Positions 61,552 through 63,093 of a DNA stretch of 63,093 nucleotides are shown here, piece after piece. The translations under genes and the position numbers were made by a program. The DNA lies in contig JAWBDT010000010.1 in NCBI GenBank assembly GCA_038821645.1, positions 1 through 63,093 of the forward strand, read 5' to 3'. The notes under the pieces are model-generated. The model saw only the letters and a list, made by a program, of their open reading frames with translations, ran no database searches and was not told the origin of the DNA. The stretch comes from Ignisphaera sp. Lineage in GTDB: Archaea; Thermoproteota; Thermoprotei_A; Sulfolobales; Ignisphaeraceae. Numbering within the stretch: the stretch's first letter is position 1; every line of letters begins with the position of its first letter.

Positions 61552-61953
61552 ATGAATACATTTTTTGCTACAATAATAATACTTGGAGTAGCTATAGCGA
61601 TAACAATAGCTGCTGTAGTATGGATAACAACAACATATCACTCAATGATTTGGAGACCAGAAATACTAAAAATAATAGAGATAGAGATATATAGAAACAC
61701 TACAGACAATAGCTGGTGGCTCTACATAAAAGCTGAAAACATGGGGGAAAACAAAGCAGAAATATACAAACTAGAGATATACGGAATAGAGATAAAAGAA
61801 CTCAAACCACCAAAAACCATTGATCCAGGAAAAATCGACGAAATATACATAAAACTAGATAAAGAATACATATATGGAACAATGTATACAGTAAAACTAT
61901 ACCTAAAATCAGGAACAGTATACCCAGTACTAGAAAAAACAATAAGAGTATAA
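61552..61953 (+). CDS. minor archaeal type IV pilin-like protein
   Basis: Hydrophobic N-terminal helix, N.G...A.IYK.E, G..Y.VKLY shared with the next gene. Confidence 0.8.
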   Translation: MNTFFATIIILGVAIAITIAAVVWITTTYHSMIWRPEILKIIEIEIYRNTTDNSWWLYIKAENMGENKAEIYKLEIYGIEIKELKPPKTIDPGKIDEIYIKLDKEYIYGTMYTVKLYLKSGTVYPVLEKTIRV

Positions 61954-62021
61954 CCCACAACAGCAACCAATATAGGTACCCAACCTCAACACTTATATAC
62001 CGAGCTAACAACTAATATATA

Positions 62022-62486
62022 GTGGGAGAAAAAATGAAGAAACTATACAGAGGTATAGAGCCAATAATAGCTGTAGTAATACTTGTAGCAATAACACTAG
62101 TCATAGCAATAGGAGTAATAGGATGGATAATGGGTTGGTGGGGAACCTTTGGAGCAACAGAAAGCATAAAAATATACCCAGACAGCTACATTGACTCAAA
62201 TCTTACTCGACCGCAACTGATTCTGCATTTAAAGAATGAGGGATCAGCAACAGCTGTAATATACAAGATAGAATTAACAGGGGGACTAACAGTTAATATG
62301 ACAGGTTGGACTGTATCGGGAACGAGCGCCAATACTGGTGCTGGTAATGAGGTTACTGTTTCTCCTGGTGCTGAAGGTACAATAACGCTAGGTATATCAG
62401 GTACTCCTATTAGTGGTACTAGTTATCAGGTTAAGTTATATACTAGAGCTGGTAATGTTATTTCAGCTACTGTACAGGCTAGGTAA
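62022..62486 (+). CDS. archaeal type IV pilin with class III signal peptide
   Basis: KKLYRG|IEPIIAVVILVAITLV. Confidence 0.9.
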   Translation: MGEKMKKLYRGIEPIIAVVILVAITLVIAIGVIGWIMGWWGTFGATESIKIYPDSYIDSNLTRPQLILHLKNEGSATAVIYKIELTGGLTVNMTGWTVSGTSANTGAGNEVTVSPGAEGTITLGISGTPISGTSYQVKLYTRAGNVISATVQAR

Positions 62487-62494
62487 ACATTTTA

Positions 62495-63093
62495 ATGAAG
62501 TTTTTAAATCTATTTTTTAAATATTATTTGTATTTATTTATGTTTTTTCTTTTGGTTGTATCTGTTTTTTATTTTGTTTTAGATAGTTTTGGTAATAGAC
62601 TTCCTAGGTATGATGATGAGGTTTATTATATTGATTGTGGTTTGAGGTATGTTTCTGGTGTTCCTCCTTATCTATGTAATTTTGAGCATCCTCCTTTTGC
62701 TAAGTATTTTATAGGTTTTCTTCATGTTTTTGGTGTAGATCGTATTGTTTTTCGTTTGTTGTGTTTTTGTTGTTGTTTTCTTGTTTTTTTGATTGTTTAT
62801 AGGTTTTGTGGTGATGTTTTTCTTGGTTTTTCTTGTTTTCTTCTTCTTGTTTTGGATTCTCTTTTTGTTAATGTTTTTCGTTTTCTTCTTCTTGATCCTG
62901 TTTCTCTTTTCTTTTCTTTTCTAGCTCTTTATCTTTTTTTGGAGAAACGTTATATTTTTTCAGCTGTTTTTCTTGGTCTAGGTATTGCTTCTAAGTTTAG
63001 TGCTATTCCTATTGCTTTAGGTATATTTATTCTGTTTATCTGTTTGAGAGATTATAGGAAGATGTTTCTCTATTTCTCTATAGTCTTTATTGT
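62495..63093 (+). CDS. GT-C fold glycosyltransferase (PMT/GT39-ArnT-like), runs off window end
   Basis: Manual translation gives DDEVYY...NFEHPPFAKYFIG and multiple TM segments; not in ORF track. Confidence 0.85.
   Translation, partial: MKFLNLFFKYYLYLFMFFLLVVSVFYFVLDSFGNRLPRYDDEVYYIDCGLRYVSGVPPYLCNFEHPPFAKYFIGFLHVFGVDRIVFRLLCFCCCFLVFLIVYRFCGDVFLGFSCFLLLVLDSLFVNVFRFLLLDPVSLFFSFLALYLFLEKRYIFSAVFLGLGIASKFSAIPIALGIFILFICLRDYRKMFLYFSIVFI

Overview
AT-rich archaeal DNA from a crenarchaeote (Thermoproteota, most like Desulfurococcales such as Ignisphaera; inferred from rpl38e, GGTG ribosome-binding sites, TATA promoters, box C/D RNAs and a BHB tRNA intron). Most of the window is housekeeping: cysS, metG, moeA x2, nikR, the rnp4-to-rpl10 translation gene cluster, trm10, pgi/pmi, dtdA, pyk, two ABC systems, a MoxR/VWA pair and a type IV pilus locus with a large adhesin-like protein. 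Non-coding features read directly from the sequence: tRNA-Thr(UGU), tRNA-Glu(CUC) with a 22-nt intron at 45/46, and 3-4 box C/D sRNAs, one predicted to methylate G26 of the tRNA-Thr in this window. The items most worth following up are: (1) a ~180-nt rod-like hairpin with a perfect 51-bp core, a candidate TATA box and a T-run, divergent from a PD-(D/E)XK nuclease gene; (2) an unassigned GC-rich 75-nt structured RNA; (3) a tnpA-less TnpB element with inverted subterminal motifs and an unannotated 47-aa gene, inserted cleanly into a KaiC-family ATPase gene; (4) a tandem Sm/Hfq-like protein beside a THUMP gene; (5) sharp local A/C-to-T/G compositional switches, one centred inside a pilin gene. 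All calls come from reading the sequence by eye; no database searches were run.
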